This document shows positions 1 through 48,904 of a stretch of DNA of 64,000 bases, piece after piece (the first letter of the stretch is position 1; each line of letters begins with the position of its first letter). Source of the stretch: Octopus sinensis (Eukaryota); assembly GCF_006345805.1 (NCBI RefSeq), contig NC_043004.1:55304001-55368000 (forward strand), read 5' to 3'. Both the position numbers and the translations under genes were made by a program. Below the pieces are notes generated by a model. The model made no database searches. It was given only the letters and a program-made list of their open reading frames with translations, and was not told where the DNA came from.

Positions 1-594
1 CTTTTCTTCTGTTTATAACGTCTTACATCTCATCGAAGGATATGGAGGGAAGGTATTTTTGTAGCTGCCTCTTCCGATTCAGATGCACAAGATTCGGCAA
101 TGTAGTCTCTTCAGTTTTTGTTGCACGTTTTTAAAATTTCTTGAAACAATTTTGCAGCTTCACACTTCGGTGTATCTGGTATGTGTGTGCATCACAGTGT
201 TCGATAGTCTCACCTTGACGCATTTTACCCTTGCTTTATATGACGCCTTAGACCGCCGTCATTCACATTAGTAAGATATCACACCATTTATCGAATCTTT
301 CTGCTTTACGTAAATATATTCGCCATGTAATAATTTCAATACTCTTCACAAACTACATCTTCTTTGTGTGGAAGTTAAGCGGGTTTATATACAAAAAATT
401 CTTCACCGCCTTGAGGGCAACTGTATAAGCCATAAAAAATAAATGAAACAAGCAAGGGAATGTACTACTATTTAAATAAGTTACAGAAAACAAGGCAATT
501 CATCAATATTCCTGTGGTGTAATATTAACCACCGGGGGATTTTGTCCTGATACCATATACATACACACACATACATACATACATACATACATAC

Positions 595-625
<31 letters not shown>

Positions 626-635
626 CATACATACA

Positions 636-673
<38 letters not shown>

Positions 674-737
674 ATGCATGTATGTATATATATATTTATT
701 CATATATGCATATATATACATACATACACACAAATAT

Positions 738-784
<47 letters not shown>

Positions 785-1009
785 TTTCTCCAATTTATTT
801 TCCCAATTTATATTCTTGTATGTTATATTTTAATAATTACTGGTATCTTTATATATTAATATATTTTTATATGTAAAGCATATGTTATATACGCGTGTAT
901 ATTCTTGTAATTTTCATTTTAGTAAATAAATAAATAAATTGACATAATATAATGTCTAAAAGTTGATGAACCCCCTATTGTTCCCCTCCATTTTCTTATT
1001 GCTCTCCTT

Positions 1010-2815
1010 ATTTGCAAAACAAGACAAAAGTTGCAAGCGACAAAAGTTTTTATAGGAACGTCCGATTTTTATAATTTTGGTGTCAAAAGGACCGTCATGT
1101 TGCGACATTTCAGACAAATATTTTGGCACTGCCTTGAAGCCTCTGATTCCCAAGAAAATTGCAAAAAACTTTGAAAAAAATCGATTTTTCGCATTTTTGC
1201 AAAGTTACACGGTAGAAAACTTCTTACTGGAAAGTCCTATTTCCTTGGTTTTTACGGCTAAAAAGCCACCATGTTACGGTGGTTCTATCAAGTATCTGTT
1301 CTATGTCCAAAGGCATCCCTGTGTGACAAAAAAAAAAACGAAAAAAACTGAAAAAAAAAATCGATTTTTATACACTTTCCCCCCCTTTAAACCTTTAAAA
1401 CTTCTCACTGCTTTGGTGGATTGCGTTCAAACTTTACACACTATTTACTCATCCTAAGATTTGAACAGAATTCATCCGTGTATGACCAAAAATTGCGAAA
1501 ATATGAGTAGAAAATCGACTTTTTGTCCTTAAAGCCCTCATTTTTGACCGAACATGAGGGCCCAGCTTTTCGGCGACAATTTATCGGGTGACTTCTCCAA
1601 GCAACTTCTCACCGTTGGTGATGACACAGCTCCTTCCGATGCAACTGGAGAGATGGCTGTCTTACACGTAGACACACCTGTGGATACTGTGGACGACCCT
1701 ACGACCGCTGTTTGCCTCGATCTGCCTGAATTGGCTGTGCGATAGAGCCATATTAGCTCCTAAAACCACATTTGTTGCGAAACACAATGAACCCCTACTA
1801 CGAAGCCTTCCTGGAAAACTCCACATTTACAAGTCTGTGGACACTGTTGTGGACCAAAAAGAGGCCGTTAATTTTCCCGCAGAATTCCTCAATTCCTTGC
1901 ACCCCTCCGGTCATGCTGCTGAGCATTGGAGCTCCGGTCATGCTGCTGAGGAACCTGGAGCTACCACGTCTGTACAACGGAACGTGGTTAGTGGTAAAAA
2001 ATGTGCTGCCTCATGTTATTGAAGCAACATTTCTTACGGGTTGCGGCATCGGAGACGTATTTATACCTCTTACTCCATCAGATAAGCAATGCCTCTGTCC
2101 CTTGCGTCGACTTCAGTTCCCTCTTCCACTTTGCCTTTCCATGTCCATCAACAAGTCCCAAGGCCAAACACTAACAATGACATGCCTCCATTTAGGCCAA
2201 CCATGCTTCTCGCACAGCCAATTATACGTCGGATGCTCGAGAGTCGGATACAAAAAACACCTTTTCGTGTTCGCCCCGAAAGCCAAAACGAAAATTGTCG
2301 TCTACCGTGAGGTGCTGTAAGCCATCCAAAATGCCACAGCTTCCCTGCCGAACCGGTTTATGGTGAGTGAGTACTATTGTTGCGATTCTTTCAAAATTGC
2401 CTGTTTTTCTTAAGTCTTTTTATTTTTATTTTGTCCACTACAGCTTCTCAATATCTTTGCAGATGGCTTGAGTTTTGGAATCACTGCTTTTCATGTGAAC
2501 GAAAAAAGACGTTTATACCTGTGAACGGTTAACAATCCTTTTCAGGGCTATTGTGAGAACGATAACATGGCCCTTTTCAGGGCCACTTTACATTCAATTC
2601 TTGCACCCCCTGCGATGTTCTTGTGGCTTCTCCAAGGCTCTTCACCTAATTTTACTAGCTTATGTCTATGGGAAAAATCACTTCTTCCTCATTGTCATTG
2701 TTTGCAATTTAAGGCAAAAAATATTCAAAGATAAGTACAATGAAAAAAATGGTAGAACCTATGAAGACTATTGCCGTGAATTTAATACCCGAGCAACGCC
2801 GGGTACTCCTGCCAG
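1010..2815 (+). mobile_element. Decayed Helitron with frameshifted PIF1-like helicase C-terminus (about 1554-2320)
   Basis: GAPVMLLRNL..PRLYNGT, RLQFPL...SINKSQGQTL, PCFSHSQLYVGCSRV, VYREVL*; 3' end CGAGCAACGCCGG...CCAG matches the other Helitron ends in the window; 5' boundary approximate. Confidence 0.88.
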
Positions 2816-3057
2816 TGATAGATAAATCAGTTTATACTTAGGGACTGCACATTTCGGATGATACTAAACGTGCTATGAGAAGCTACCTTGGTTAATTACA
2901 TATGTTTATGTTGGTGGTTTATAGACGCAGGAGTGGCCGTGTAGCAAAAAATTTGCTTCTCAACCGCGTGGTTTCAGTTTCAAACCCACTGCGTAGCACT
3001 TTGGGCAAGTGTCTTATACTGTTGTCCTCGGCTGATTAAAACCTTGTGAATGGATTT

Positions 3058-5055
3058 CGTCGTTGAGCAGAATGAGACCAACCAATCGACGTTGCCGCTA
3101 ACATCAGTCGCCGTTTGGGCTAATTACGTGCTCGTAGCCTTGTAGGTTTCTCGCGATTTTGGCGTTGAAGTCGCCAATTAGTTGAACCAAATTGTGACGA
3201 GGGGCATCATCCAGGACGTCCTGTAGTTGGTCGTAGAAAGCGTCCTTATAGGCTTCTTCTACGTCTTCGATGGGGGCATAGGCCTGGATGACCGTGATTC
3301 TGGACAACCGCGTTTGGAATCGGACGGTGATGATACGATCGCTGGCAAGTCGCCATCCGATGAGCGTTCCAGTTGCCCTTGCGGATATGACGATGCCGAC
3401 TCTTTGCGCGTGTTCCACTTCGTGGCCCGAGTAGATAACAGTCCTGCCGTCACTGATCAACCGTCCACTACCAGTCCATCTCATTTCACTAATTCCGAGG
3501 ATGTTCATCTGATATCTTTCCACTTCTTCAAGTTGCTGTACAAGTCTGCCACACTGGTACAGTGTCCTCACATTCCAAGTCCCACTTTTGTTGATTGTTT
3601 TGCATTGAAGATCGAACCACATATCGGGTGTTTGATGTCCTGACGGCATTGATCCAACACCGTCATAGTAAAGTGGTCGCCTCCTTCGCGGTCTGTTTGA
3701 ACAAGTTGGTTTGTTCTTGCTGTTTCTGTAGCACTGGGGTTCTTTTACGGGGTCGGGTCGCTGGTCCGACACCCAATCCTCCTCCTTTTGTAACCGGGCT
3801 TGGGACTGGCCCCGGCGGAGTTGGTTTTTTATGGGGTCGGGTTGCTGGCCCGACGCTCAACCCTCCTGCTATTGCAGCCAGGCTTGGGACATCTGTATTA
3901 GTAAGCGGTGGAGATCGGCCCTGCTGGACATGCGGACGTGCCGGGGAGCAGATGCGAGCTCGGATCATTACCTTCGTGTCGGCTTCGATTGGGGTGCTTG
4001 ACGGGAACTGAGAAACCGATTCCGACCTCTCGCAGACGTGGACGAGGTCGACGTCGACGGCTACTTTGGGAAGTTCAGAGAGGCAATTATCGAAAGTGCC
4101 GAGAAGACCATCAGCAGATGTCGTGGCGCATACAAGGAGCGATGGAGTCAAGATCGAACTTGGATCCTGATCAATGCGAGACTTGGATCCTGATCAATGC
4201 GTACACCGGAGTTCGTTGTGGTGCATCGCTCGTGACTCCGGCATTCCAGAGCGTTTCGTTGAAGCCTTTCGAAGCCGTTACCGCAAGACAAGGTGCTGCG
4301 TTCGAACGGAAATGGGCTACACCGATTACTTTGCCATTGTGACCGGTGTACGGCAAGGGTGCATTCTATCCCCTCTCCTATCTCTTATGGTGTCTCTTAT
4401 GGTGATCAACAATGGTGTCTCCTTGATGACTGGACAACACCAAATCGAGCAAGTTGTTGAGTTCACTTATTTGGGCAGCGTCGTGGCCAACGACAGAGAA
4501 GCCGAACGCGACTTTGCCTGCCGGATTGAGGAAGGCCTCGGCTGTCTTTCAAAGACTGAAATCTATCTGGGCAGGCAGGGCGATATCCACCAAGACCAAA
4601 GTGCACCTCTTTAACAGCATCGTCATACCATCGGCAATATACGCAGCGGAAACGTGGAAGACATAGGCAAAGATGCGCGAAGGCTCAATGTATTTTAGCT
4701 ACAATGCTTCCGGCGAATACTGCGAATATCATACCTGAACCACATCACCAATGACAAAATACATTTCCGAACTGATACCCGTCCACTCCATGACGTTGTC
4801 ACTGAGCGCCGCTTGCGATTCACAGGCCGTGTCCTCCGATTATCATCGTCGCGGCATGCGAATACCGCCATTCTGTGGAATCCACCGCATGGCAAGAGAA
4901 AACAAGGGCGACCAAAAGCAACTTGGCGCCGCACCTTCATCGATGAATTCAAAACCATTGACATTTCATGTGATGAAGCTGAGATCGCCGCGGCCCACTG
5001 ACCACGTTGGAGAAGCCTTGCCGCCCAATGTGCCATACGGCGCAGGAGGACCTAA
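3058..5055. mobile_element. RTE-clade LINE, internally deleted, with inverted 5' segment (5'UTR + AP endonuclease on - strand, RT/3' end on + strand)
   Basis: GTWNVRTL, ILGISEMRW, VIQAYAP, IGDFNAKI (-); GVRQGCILSPLL, FTYLGS, YAAETW, GKRKQGRPKATWRRT (+); TSD GAATGGATTT at 3048-3057 and 5056-5065. Confidence 0.9.
3966..4049 (-). ncRNA. Partial HDV-like ribozyme at the RTE 5' end
   Basis: Minus strand: P1 GACCTC, L3 GTCCACGTC, P1' AGAGGTC + GG, 8-bp P4 TCGGTTTC/GAAGCCGA, J4/2 CACGAA; the J1/2, P2 and P3 5' strands are missing. Confidence 0.45.
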
Positions 5056-5090
5056 GAATGGATTTAGTTGATAGAAACTGAAAGAAGCCT

Positions 5091-5140
<50 letters not shown>

Positions 5141-6341
5141 ATATATATATATAATATATATATATATTGATAGGAGTTTTATCTTGGCTACCGAATAACT
5201 GTCACATATTACATTAACAGATATATTATATATATATATGTGGGGTTGTGTCTATCTCTCTACCACTTGATAATTGGTGTTAGTTTGTTTACGTAGCTTA
5301 GAACTTCCTTAAAAGAAGTATCTGACTTGAGAAAAAATTAGTACTGGGGTCGATTTACTAAAACCTTTAAGGCGGTGCCCCATTTTTACCACATGTCACT
5401 TACTGAAACAAATATAATTCTATGAATGTCATACCAATTAAGATTAGGAGGTTGTACATTAATTAGTCATTTAAGATAAATTTAGAAAGTTGACCAGAGA
5501 TATGAAATCTGCAGGCAGGTGGAAATCCTTCATTTTCAATATTTTCTTTTACCTTTACCGTTAGATATGTCGTTTGACCACAACTAGTATTTGTCTAAGT
5601 TGTTCAGAAACATGCTACTGGCCACCCTACGTTATTTCTCTCAGTTCATTTCTGTTTAAAATATGCAAATTACCCAGTCATAAATATATCTTCTTTGTAT
5701 ATGTCTAAGTCCCTTGACTACAGGAGATAAAGTTAGACAATTGTCGCGCTGATGACGGCTACTGAATCAGAAGACACGTATCCCCTATGCTCCTCTAATC
5801 TCCAGACAGTAAGCCTACCATTTTCTTTAAAGGCTTGTCAGCTTTGGGAAAATTCTTGCATCAAGAGATTACCTCTCCCTGTCAAATGGAGCTGGTCTTA
5901 ATTATCATGTGGTAATTATGATACAAACTTCAAGAGGCGGATTTAATGTCAATAAATCAAGATCTTACGTTGTATGGTATTTGATACATCAGTGTTTATT
6001 TATGTTATATATATATATGCACAGCACATTTCCTGTTTGGCAGGAATTTTAAAAATTCTCTCGGGAAAGAAATCTACAGCTTTACGATATGTAAAGCTTA
6101 TCATGTTGTGTGTGCAAAATATCTTGGCACACTTCGTAATTACCAAATATAGAATTTTGAAAACCATTCTTTATTTTTTTACCAAAGTGTTTTTCTTGGA
6201 AGCTCTTTTAATTTCGCAGATGACATCACACCATTATCTTCTTCTTCTTCTTCTTCTTCTTCATCTCCTATATATATGTAAGTATCCATGGACGCATAAA
6301 CATACACATACACACACACACACCAATACATACGTGTATAT

Positions 6342-6397
<56 letters not shown>

Positions 6398-6495
6398 CAC
6401 ATAAACATATACACAAGCACACATATATATATATGCATACGCATACATTTACACATACACATATCTATCTATCTCCCTCCCTTCTTATCTCTCAT

Positions 6496-6529
<34 letters not shown>

Positions 6530-6639
6530 ATATATACATATACAGAGAGATATGGGGGAGAGATACATATAATTTAAATACAAAAGAAACAACGAAGACA
6601 AAACAAGAACACTGTTCGCCAAATATTTTATTAGCATTT

Positions 6640-7020
6640 ATATAGTGTTCAGTACAGGAAGGCTAGAAATAACGTGCTTTTGTGGAGTACATATGTCCTC
6701 AGCCGCCTGGATTACTGTTCACAGTCAAAGAACAGTAAAATAACAGCAGGTTTTGTAGCAATCTAACGATGCTTCACGTAGAAAATCGTCACAGTGGAAC
6801 AGCTGTGCTACTGAGACAAGCTGCAAGCATTAAAACTTTACATCCTGATGAGAAGACGAGGATGATATGCAGTGACCTATTAATAGATACTTGATGGACT
6901 CGTACCAACCTTCAGCATTGAGATCCATACTAATATTTGAACAGATCGTCATTGCCTAGTCCCAGAGGTGCAGGTATCGTCCTCGAAAATCAGGACATAC
7001 TGCAACAGATTAAGGTTCAA
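6640..7020 (+). mobile_element. CR1/L2-like LINE 3' remnant
   Basis: Degenerate YVLSRLDYCSQ and QRCFT..I...L.Y.DKLQALKLY.L.RRR motifs. Confidence 0.5.
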
Positions 7021-7192
7021 AGGATCATATTACCAAAAAGGTGCAAGCGTGATTGTGTGGTAAAACGCTTATTTCCCAACCAAGTGGTTACGAGTTTAGC
7101 ACTACTGTATTGAACCTTGGACAAGTGTCGGTATAATCCACTTAATCCCTCCCCTGTACTTGCTGGCCTTGTGGCCATACATACATACATAC

Positions 7193-7280
<88 letters not shown>

Positions 7281-7285
7281 GTATA

Positions 7286-7336
<51 letters not shown>

Positions 7337-7339
<3 letters not shown>

Positions 7340-7650
7340 GAGGCGCAATGGCCCAGTGGTTAGGGAAGCGAACTCGCGGTCGTAGGATCGCGGTTTCGAT
7401 TCCCAGACCGAGCGTTGTGGGTGTTTATTGAGCGAAAACTCCTAAAGCTCCACGAGGCTCCGGCAGGGGGTGGTGGCGATTCCAGCTGTACTCTTTCGCC
7501 ACAACTTTCTCTCACTCTTTCGTCTGTTGGCCTGCTCGCTTAGCCAACGGGGTGGCGTCATTTGAAGGCTAAAATAATGTTAAGCGCATTGTGACCAGCG
7601 ATGTGTAGCAACATCTGATAGCCTGGTCGGTCACGGTGATCATGGTGATA
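7337..7650 (+). mobile_element. tRNA(Arg)-like SINE family A, tail type 1
   Basis: A box TGGCCCAGTGG, B box GTTTCGATTCC; body shared with 17056-17350, 23685-23959, 43993-44380 and 51216-51601. Confidence 0.85.
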
Positions 7651-7657
7651 TACATAC

Positions 7658-7740
<83 letters not shown>

Positions 7741-7741
<1 letters not shown>

Positions 7742-8084
7742 TAGCAGTATCGCCGGCGTTGCTCGGGTTTGTTTCGACCCTTTAGAATTGAAATTTTTGG
7801 AAAGTAAAAATGTTGCATTATGTAGCTTGTTATTCTCTTTAAGTGAACATTTTCTCTGGTTGAAATACACAGAAAAATGGCGACACAACAATCAATAAAA
7901 CGTAAAAAGTAGGGATTTTTATTAAAAAAAGCACCTTTTTGATGTAAATAATTTTTGGTGTTAACATGATCCGATTTGAAGCCTTCTATCATACTCTCAA
8001 TTTTGGTCAGCTTGCACCGCAGTGTCACGGAGGAGATAGTGTTAGTTGAAAGCTGCCAAACCTGCCATACACAGACAATTTAAG

Positions 8085-8090
<6 letters not shown>
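7741..8090 (-). mobile_element. Non-autonomous Helitron
   Basis: Minus-strand 3' end CCCGAGCAACGCCGGCGATACTGCTAG. Confidence 0.7.
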
Positions 8091-8135
<45 letters not shown>

Positions 8136-8171
8136 ATATATAATGGAATAATTAGTATGAACCATTGTGTA

Positions 8172-10979
8172 GAATATATTGTATAATGGATCGTGGGTAA
8201 GACCAAAACAATGCGAAGTAAATGCAAGGTAAATCACAAGAAAACAGATATGTGAATTAATGTAGACTTACCTTGTATTCAATATTTCTTGGTTATGACC
8301 CCATTTTCAAGAAATAGACGAATGTTGCAGATGTACGTGTATGTGAGCGAGTGTGGAGTGGACATGCGCGGAAAAGTGTTGCTATAGCAACCAGCTAGCT
8401 TCCTGTAACTATCTTCTTGTTTTTGGTCTGAGTTTCTTTTGGTGTTTGAGGATGGCCTCAGAGATTCTAAGGTTGCCCCTGTTCCGCTGTGTTGCCTCGA
8501 TGTGCACTGTGAATTCCTGGGTCTGGCATTTCCTTAGGTGTTCCTTCACGGAAGTGTCTGCCTGCATGTGTTCCTTAATGCAAATATGCAGTTTTCTTGT
8601 CGTGCTTCCTATGTAGGATGCGCCACATTTTCCACAGATGATCTCATATACAACATAGGTCATCTGGCACAATTCAGGGTCATTAATGGGGCAGTTCGAC
8701 AATGTGCACTACTCGGAGTAGTGAGGGGTATTGTCCTTGAACAGAGCGTTTCTCAGGGACTGCGTGTTGTGTCGCTGCAGTACTTCTGTCGTCAAAGTGT
8801 GGTAGATTTAAGAAGCACGTGCCGGATTTGGGAATATGATGGGTCTTCCGGGGTTTATTGACCTTGATGTTCTTTAGGCGACGTTGTTTAGTTAAAGATG
8901 GTGGGTAGCCATTCAGAGTTAGGTCTGAGGAACTGCTTTGTTTTGAAGGCTTTGTCGGTCACATTACTGCAATTGCTTTTTATACGTGCAATCTCGTTTC
9001 TCACGTAATGCGGCTTTGGCTCTGGTGGGTAAGGCTGATTGGTAGTAGATGAAAAGTTTTCTATTAGCGGCTTCTCTGTAGAATTTGGTAAATATGGAGC
9101 CTTCCTCTGTGTTGGAAGTCTAGTAGAGAGAGGGTTCGTCTGGATGTTCACTCTCGAATTTGATCTTTATGTCGATGTTATTGAAGGTCTGGTGTATGTT
9201 AATCAACGTAAGGATGTCATCAACGTACCTGGAGAAGATACATAGGCGGGAGTTGTTGAGTGCTGTGCGTTCTAGCTTACCCATGTACGTGATGGCCAGC
9301 AGGTCTGAAAGGCTAGATCCCATAGGTAGGCCGGATGTCTGTGTGTAAGTAGGCGTTACCAACTATAATGGTTAGTAACACTCGTATGTCCGAGGGTGTG
9401 AGGCCGAAGAGCTGGAGATTGATGGATGGGGAGGTGAGAGATGATGAAGAGGAAGATGGGGAGGAGGAGGTTGCAGGGGAGGGAAGTGGGTGCAAGGAGA
9501 AGTGGGGGAGATAAGGACGAGATGTGGTCTATGAGGATATCAACGGCCGGGAGAGCAGGTACAGAGGTGTAGAGGGAAACTACGTCTAAACTAAAAGGGT
9601 ATTTGTTAGTTTTAAGTATGGAGGGATCGATATCTTGGAGTCTTGTGAAGATTTCGTGGGAATTGCTGACGTGTCCGGGGAATGCGTGTAGCAAGGGCTT
9701 GAAGAGTTTAGAGAGGAGCCAAGAAATCTTATAGAAAGGACCGTTAATTCCTGATACTATGGGTCTGATTTTAAGCTCAGGTCCGGGTTTGTGGGTTTTT
9801 ATTAGATAGTAGAAGATGGAAAGGTGGTGTTTTCAGACGTGTAGTTCAGCCTAGTCTTCTTAGAAAGATTCCTTTGATGACAGATTTTAGTCCAGCTGGT
9901 GTTGATGATGGACTCCAGTTGGTGAGGTGTGATGTTGTAAACCTTTTCGTATAGTGTGGTGTCACTAAGGTGTTCGATAGCTAGTTTGTTGTAGGTGGCT
10001 TTGTCTATAATGCAGAATTCTTTCCCTTTATCTGAAGGTAGGTAGATGAGGTTTTTGCTTCTTAAGTTTTGCAAAGTGAGGTATTGGGATTTAGTAAGGG
10101 TGCATGATGGGGAAGATCGGTTATCTAATATGTTAAGCATGGATTGTTTGGGTCTAGCAAGTTTGGTGTTGAGTTCGGGGTTGTGTGAGGGAAGGTGGAG
10201 TGGGTTATCGAAGTGGTAGACGGGGAATCTAAGTGTGGCGGAGGAAGAGGGAGAGGAGAAGGTAGAAGAAGAAATAGAAGAAGAAAGAGATGATGATGAT
10301 GAAGACGGTGATGATGACGATGAGGAAGATGTAGGAGCGGTGGAGGGGGAGGAGGAGGAGGAGGTAGAAGAAGAAGAAAGAGGAGATGATGATGATGATG
10401 AAGACGTTGATGATGATGATGGGGAAGATATAGGGGCGGTGGAGAGGGAAGAGGAGGTAGGAGGTAAAGGGGTAGATGATAACGATGATGCTGATGATGT
10501 CGACTGTGAGGATATTGGCAGCGATGAAGATGAAGGCGAAAATGAAGATGATGTGGGGAGAGGAGAGGGAGTTTAAAGCCGTCGTAGGTATGGATGTATT
10601 AGGTGGTGTGGCCCTGTAGAAATGCCAGACCCGGGTATTCACAGTGCACATCAAGGTAACACAGCGGAACAGGGGCAACCTTAGAATCTTTGAGGCCATC
10701 CTCATACACCAAAAGAAACGCCAGATCAACAACAGAAGAGAGTTACAAGAAGCTAGCTGGTTGCTATAGCAACACATCTTCATGCATGTCCACTCCACAC
10801 TCGCTCACATACACACGTACATTGGCAACATTCGTCTATTTCTTGAAAATGAGGTCATATCCTCGAAATATTGAATACGAGGTAAGTCTACATTTGTTCA
10901 CATATTTGTTTTCTTGTGATTCACGTTGCATTTAATTCGCATTGTTTTGGCCTACCAACGATCCTTTATACAATATATA
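8172..10979 (-). mobile_element. Penelope-like element (RT + GIY-YIG fragments) with inverted terminal repeats 8172-8530 / 10612-10979
   Basis: LPSDKGKEF, RPIVSG, SLDVVSLYTSVP, GLPMGSSLS, RYVDD, VVYEIICGKCGASYIGSTTRKL; the two arms give near-identical ORFs (8353+ and 10798-). Confidence 0.9.
10837..10877 (+). ncRNA. Minimal type I hammerhead motif with U3-A8 core variant (inverted partner at 8276-8316, - strand)
   Basis: TATTTC / TTGAAAA / T / GAGG-TCATAT-CCTC / GAAA / TAT-T / GAATA. Confidence 0.55.
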
Positions 10980-10986
10980 CATACAT

Positions 10987-11077
<91 letters not shown>

Positions 11078-11078
11078 G

Positions 11079-11114
<36 letters not shown>

Positions 11115-11324
11115 TTGTGTGCGTGTGTGTATACGAAGGGTGGTGATTCACTTTATCACTTGCTGAGATGTTCTTGCTTGATACGTTTCTACAACCGAAG
11201 AATAACAAAGAAGAATAACACATTGAGTCCTCCTCCTCCTCCTCCTCAGTATAAAAATGTATCTATCTACCCGAACTTCCACCTTTATTGATCGAATAAT
11301 CTGACCATTTATTCTGTATTACAG

Positions 11325-46938
<35,614 letters not shown>

Positions 46939-46987
46939 CAAGAAAAGATAACAAACCTTGTTTCATATTGCTTAGAATTGTAGACAA

Positions 46988-47013
46988 AATAAAATGTAAA
47001 AAGGTATAATAAA
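46988..47013 (+). promoter_or_regulatory. Candidate polyadenylation signals (AATAAA at 46988 and 47008)
   Basis: Two hexamers 50-70 nt after the stop; weak evidence in AT-rich DNA. Confidence 0.3.
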
Positions 47014-47760
47014 TGTGCTTCTAAAGTATGTATCAGTTCAACATTTATAGAGTTAGAAACACTTGTGCTATCAGTAAGCAACAATTGACATTTTGAGCCA
47101 GAGAACTTAACCCTGCCCCTGTAAGAACTGTAGAGTTTGCAAAACAATAAATTGAAAGCATGCAAAGGAACAATTGATTAAGGTTTCAATATTTATAACA
47201 ACATTTCAAACACGTATGTGAAATTCTATGTATACATCTATCTATGTATGCACGCATCTATAGACCTATATATGTGACAAATCTTAGAGCTAATATTTCA
47301 AACAAGTGAAATTCTATGTATATATTTATGTATTTATATATGTACGCATTTATGAACATATATATTTGTATATGTCTGTGCGTAGGTTTAGTAGTAATAG
47401 TAGTAGCGCTCATATATCTTTGTTACCAGGTAGAATTATGCAGTGTTTCGCCGCACATACACACTTAGGATGTAACTTATAGTAAAGACATATATTGCAT
47501 GAAATACTTATAAATGGTCAATCATCAAATAGATAGCAAGTATGGTAATGAGAAAAAGCTTATGTAAAAGAAATGTACAATTCTCCCTCCCCATTCTCTC
47601 TCTCTCTATATATATATGTATATAAATGTATGTATTTACATTTATTGATACACACATACACGCATATACATATAACTATATATATAAAATAAAAGTTTTA
47701 CTCAACTTCACATAACTTCGTCGGTGCATAGGACACTTCCATCACTTCAGATAATCGGAA

Positions 47761-47843
<83 letters not shown>

Positions 47844-47907
47844 GTGTGTGTGTGTGTGTGTGTCTGTGTGTATACATATTTTTATACATATATATATACA
47901 TAAATAA

Positions 47908-47974
<67 letters not shown>

Positions 47975-48197
47975 CATATAAATATACATATATATACACA
48001 TATATTATATATATATATACTAAGTAATTAAGGGTTTAGCAACGATTTGCCTCACCACACACCGAATTTAGAAATAGCAGTCAAAAAGTTATGGCTATTC
48101 TTTCTACTTAAGGGAGATCTCAGTAAAATCACAGCACTTAAAAGGCAAACGCAGGCAAAAGAGAAAGAAATGACGACAATCATTCTATATTAAGTCA

Positions 48198-48288
48198 CCT
48201 ACGGACGTACGTTTCGAAATTAAGTCATAGGAAAGCATAAAAATTAAATAATTATGTCTTACCCGACTACTTTTCTCCTCAGCGTAGG
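48198..48288 (-). ncRNA. Type I hammerhead motif with 60-nt stem II (left arm)
   Basis: Reverse complement of 48814-48904. Confidence 0.75.
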
Positions 48289-48813
48289 ACTCTACAATTA
48301 TGAATAATTGTGTATTAAATTTGGAGGCACTAGAAGACATCACCTCAACTCATGGTATCAGAGCGAGCGTAAGCCGTTACCAGTACCACCAAATTCAAAG
48401 TGTGAATGAAAGTATGTGTCACCAATCTCCTCCCACCAGCGTGCTGCCAGGATAAGATGTTGCGGTTATTTACTGGGATGAAATATGGTTATCAATAATA
48501 ATATATGGTGAAATTAATTAATTTGGAATAATCATTAATTTCACCAAGAATAGCCATAACTCTTTGACTGCTATTTCTAAATTCGGTGTGTGGTGAGGCA
48601 AATCGTTGCTAAACCCTTAATTACTTAGTATTACTTAAACCTTCCTCGAATGGGGCTTTTACATGCCGAAATCTACTTGGTGAAATTAATGATTAATTTC
48701 ACTTTGAATTTGGTGGTACTGGTAACGGCTTACGCTCGCTCTGATATCATGAGTTGAGGTGATGTCTTCTAGTGCCTCCAAATTTAATACACAATTATTC
48801 ATAATTGTAGAGT

Positions 48814-48904
48814 CCTACGCTGAGGAGAAAAGTAGTCGGGTAAGACATAATTATTTAATTTTTATGCTTTCCTATGACTTAATTTCGAAACGTACGTCCG
48901 TAGG
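48814..48904 (+). ncRNA. Type I hammerhead motif with 60-nt stem II (right arm)
   Basis: CCTACG / CTGAGGA / GAAA...TTTC / GAA-ACGTACGT-C / CGTAGG; predicted cut after 48898. Confidence 0.78.

Larger units (their letters stand above)
2925..5090 (+). mobile_element. tRNA-derived SINE (family C) split by the RTE insertion (2925-3057 and 5056-5090)
   Basis: Head gcaggagtggccgtgtag...ggtttcagtttcaaaccc; body resumes after the RTE as gaatggatttagttgatagaaactgaaagaagcc, as in intact copies (e.g. 29455-29625). Confidence 0.75.

Noticed and set aside
6845-6865. CTGATGA hits here and at 5748, 12505 and 29693
   Set aside because: They lie within LINE coding remnants or a TIR and lack the stem II-GAAA-stem III order.
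10235-10576. Acidic D/E-rich 113-aa ORF
   Set aside because: GAT/GAG low-complexity tract inside the PLE between body and inverted repeat; no evidence of coding.
1-11324. N-terminal esterase exon (signal peptide, F.GIP(Y/F)A.PP.G.LRF)
   Set aside because: No such motif found by eye in any frame; probably upstream of the window.
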